Of a stretch of 64,000 nucleotides of DNA, positions 62,492-64,000 are shown piece by piece. This DNA is from Lytechinus pictus (taxonomy: Eukaryota). The stretch is from contig NC_087251.1 of NCBI RefSeq assembly GCF_037042905.1, positions 45,510,001 through 45,574,000 of the forward strand, read 5' to 3'. Numbering within the stretch: position 1 is the stretch's first letter; every line of letters starts with the position of its first letter. Below the pieces are notes generated by a model. That model ran no database searches, had not been told where the DNA came from, and was given only the letters and a program-made list of their open reading frames with translations. The position numbers and the translations under genes are program-made.

Positions 62492-62624
62492 CTGAACAGA
62501 TGCCAGAAGTGGCTGCCATGAAATATTTCCCTTTGCGGAACTGTAGTCTAACATCCTTTGGAGTTTGGCCTCTCATCATCTCCTGGAAGTTCTTCTGCAT
62601 ATCAGGTGCTCCTGTTGACGTCAT
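62492..62624 (-). CDS. DGLUCY: D-glutamate cyclase, exon 1
   Basis: MTSTGAPDMQKNFQEMMRGQTPKDVRLQFRKGKYFMAATSGICS G|GTACTG; phase 1 joins exon 2 to give TSGICSGYKQANL (DUF1445 N-terminal motif); in-frame TGA two codons upstream of ATG. Confidence 0.85.
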
Positions 62625-63010
62625 CCTTCAATAATCGTTTCTAAGGCTCAGTGAACCTAGTACTAGTAGTAGTCTTACTACTCTTGACTGAGCTGAGCGG
62701 AGGCCCTGACTGCGGAGCTCGCCGTGCGGAGCTGAGGCTTGAGCGGTGAGGCTGAGATTGGGCTTAATTCGAACTTGTGCTGTTCGTTGGTTCGGAAAAT
62801 GTGTAGGCCTTTACCAAATGAATTATGATCCCTGATATGAGCCGGGCAATTAGCTTAGTTTAACTTTTAGACCCGGTTTTCAAGAATATCCTCTCGAATA
62901 TCCTTCTCCGACCGACCTTGGTTTGTTTCCACTCGCCTCGACAGAGTTTACTACACTGTCATGTGACAAGACAAAGTCACATGACCAGTTACGCCTATCA
63001 TCAGGTGACA
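62625..63010 (-). promoter_or_regulatory. GC-rich 5' UTR/promoter of DGLUCY with an inverted pair of E-boxes
   Basis: GTCATGTGAC (62958-62967) and GTCACATGAC (62976-62985); CpG-rich 62690-62760. Confidence 0.45.
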
Positions 63011-63087
63011 TTTGTTTATCTTTGCGAGATGTTCTTTAATCGGGGCAAAATCGGGGGCAAAATGAATGTTACCCCCTTCCCCATCAT

Positions 63088-63668
63088 AAGAAGAAGAGGA
63101 AGGAGATAGAGGAAAGAAGGGCTGAGGAGAAGAAGAAGAAGGAGAAAGATAAGAAGAAGAAATAAAAAGGAGGAGTAGGATGTATGAGAAGGAGAAAGAG
63201 AAGAATAAGAACAGAGAAGAATAATTAAGGAGAAGAGGTGAGAGAGAAGCTAGGAGATGAAGGAGCTAGAATAAGGAGGATAAGAAGAAGGAAAAAAAAG
63301 AGGAGTAGGAGGAGAAGAAGAGGAGGAGGAAGAAGAAGGATAAGAGAGAGGAGAAAGAGAAGGAGAATAAGAAGAGAAGAATAGGAGGGAAAAGAGGAGG
63401 AATATGATTAGGAGAAAGAGAATGGGAGGAGAAAGGGAAGGAGAAGGGAAGGAGAAGGGGAGGAGGAATAAGACAAGAAGGAGAAAGAGAAGGAAAATAA
63501 GAGGAGTAAGGTATGAGAGGAGAAGATGATGATAAAAAGGGGGAAGAGGAAGAAGAAAACAAATTGAATAAAAAGGAGGTGAAGAGGATGAACAGAAGGA
63601 GAATAATTTAGAAGAGATAGAGTGAAGAAGAGGGAGGAGAAAGTAAACAGGAGTGGAAGAGAAGGGGG
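63088..63668 (+). repeat. Polypurine (GA-rich) low-complexity tract
   Basis: ~580 bp of almost only A/G (AGAAGAAGGAGAA...). Confidence 0.9.
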
Positions 63669-64000
63669 ACCAGATGTGCACTGACAAAGAGTGTGACTTT
63701 GCCTTTCAATTTTTATAGAGCTATGATCTGTTTGTTTATAATGGTATGTTATGACCAGTCATTATTCTTATGTATAAACAAAACGTCTTCACTTATAAAA
63801 CAATGAAAGCGTGAAGCATGAGCTGGACTTTTTTTTTTGGGGGGGGGGGGTGTTGAAATAGTGACCTGCAAGTTGCCAATTCTTGCCTCCTTATTTTCTT
63901 CCATTTCTTTTCTTCTTCCTCATATTTTTTTTTGCCTTTCCCTTTTTTTCCCCCTTTTGTTCTTTTTAAACCTCTGATTTTTTTTGTGGGAGGGGGGGGG

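Noticed and set aside
63250..63687. Hydrophobic 'membrane protein' ORFs (also 8487-8898, 31364-32031)
   Set aside because: Artefacts of polypurine/polypyrimidine low-complexity tracts

Overview
AT-rich, intron-containing animal genomic DNA (repeat and gene style suggest an invertebrate deuterostome such as a sea urchin; inference). Three host genes can be spliced by hand with consistent GT-AG phases: (1) the last three coding exons of an unidentified + strand gene (1-1805); (2) CINP (CDK2-interacting protein), - strand, 5 exons (23656-32465), whose C-terminal ~130 bp is tandemly re-copied about 8 times downstream of its own stop codon; (3) DGLUCY (D-glutamate cyclase), - strand (35929-62624), with a duplicated, frame-incompatible (mutually exclusive) exon 3a/3b. 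The 9.4-21.6 kb intergenic block is a nest of decayed transposons: a hAT fragment, two Gypsy LTR elements, a hAT-related DDE transposase, BEL/Pao and LINE scraps, and an intronless GC-rich TatD nuclease ORF that was tandemly duplicated and hit by a Gypsy element. Introns carry many MITEs, a near full-length CR1-like LINE, a 4.8 kb Harbinger-like element, a Helentron-like repeat with nuclear-receptor DR1 motifs inside a giant palindrome, and a 4 kb AcademH-like (RecQ helicase) element whose 9-bp TSD duplicates the DGLUCY exon-1 splice donor.
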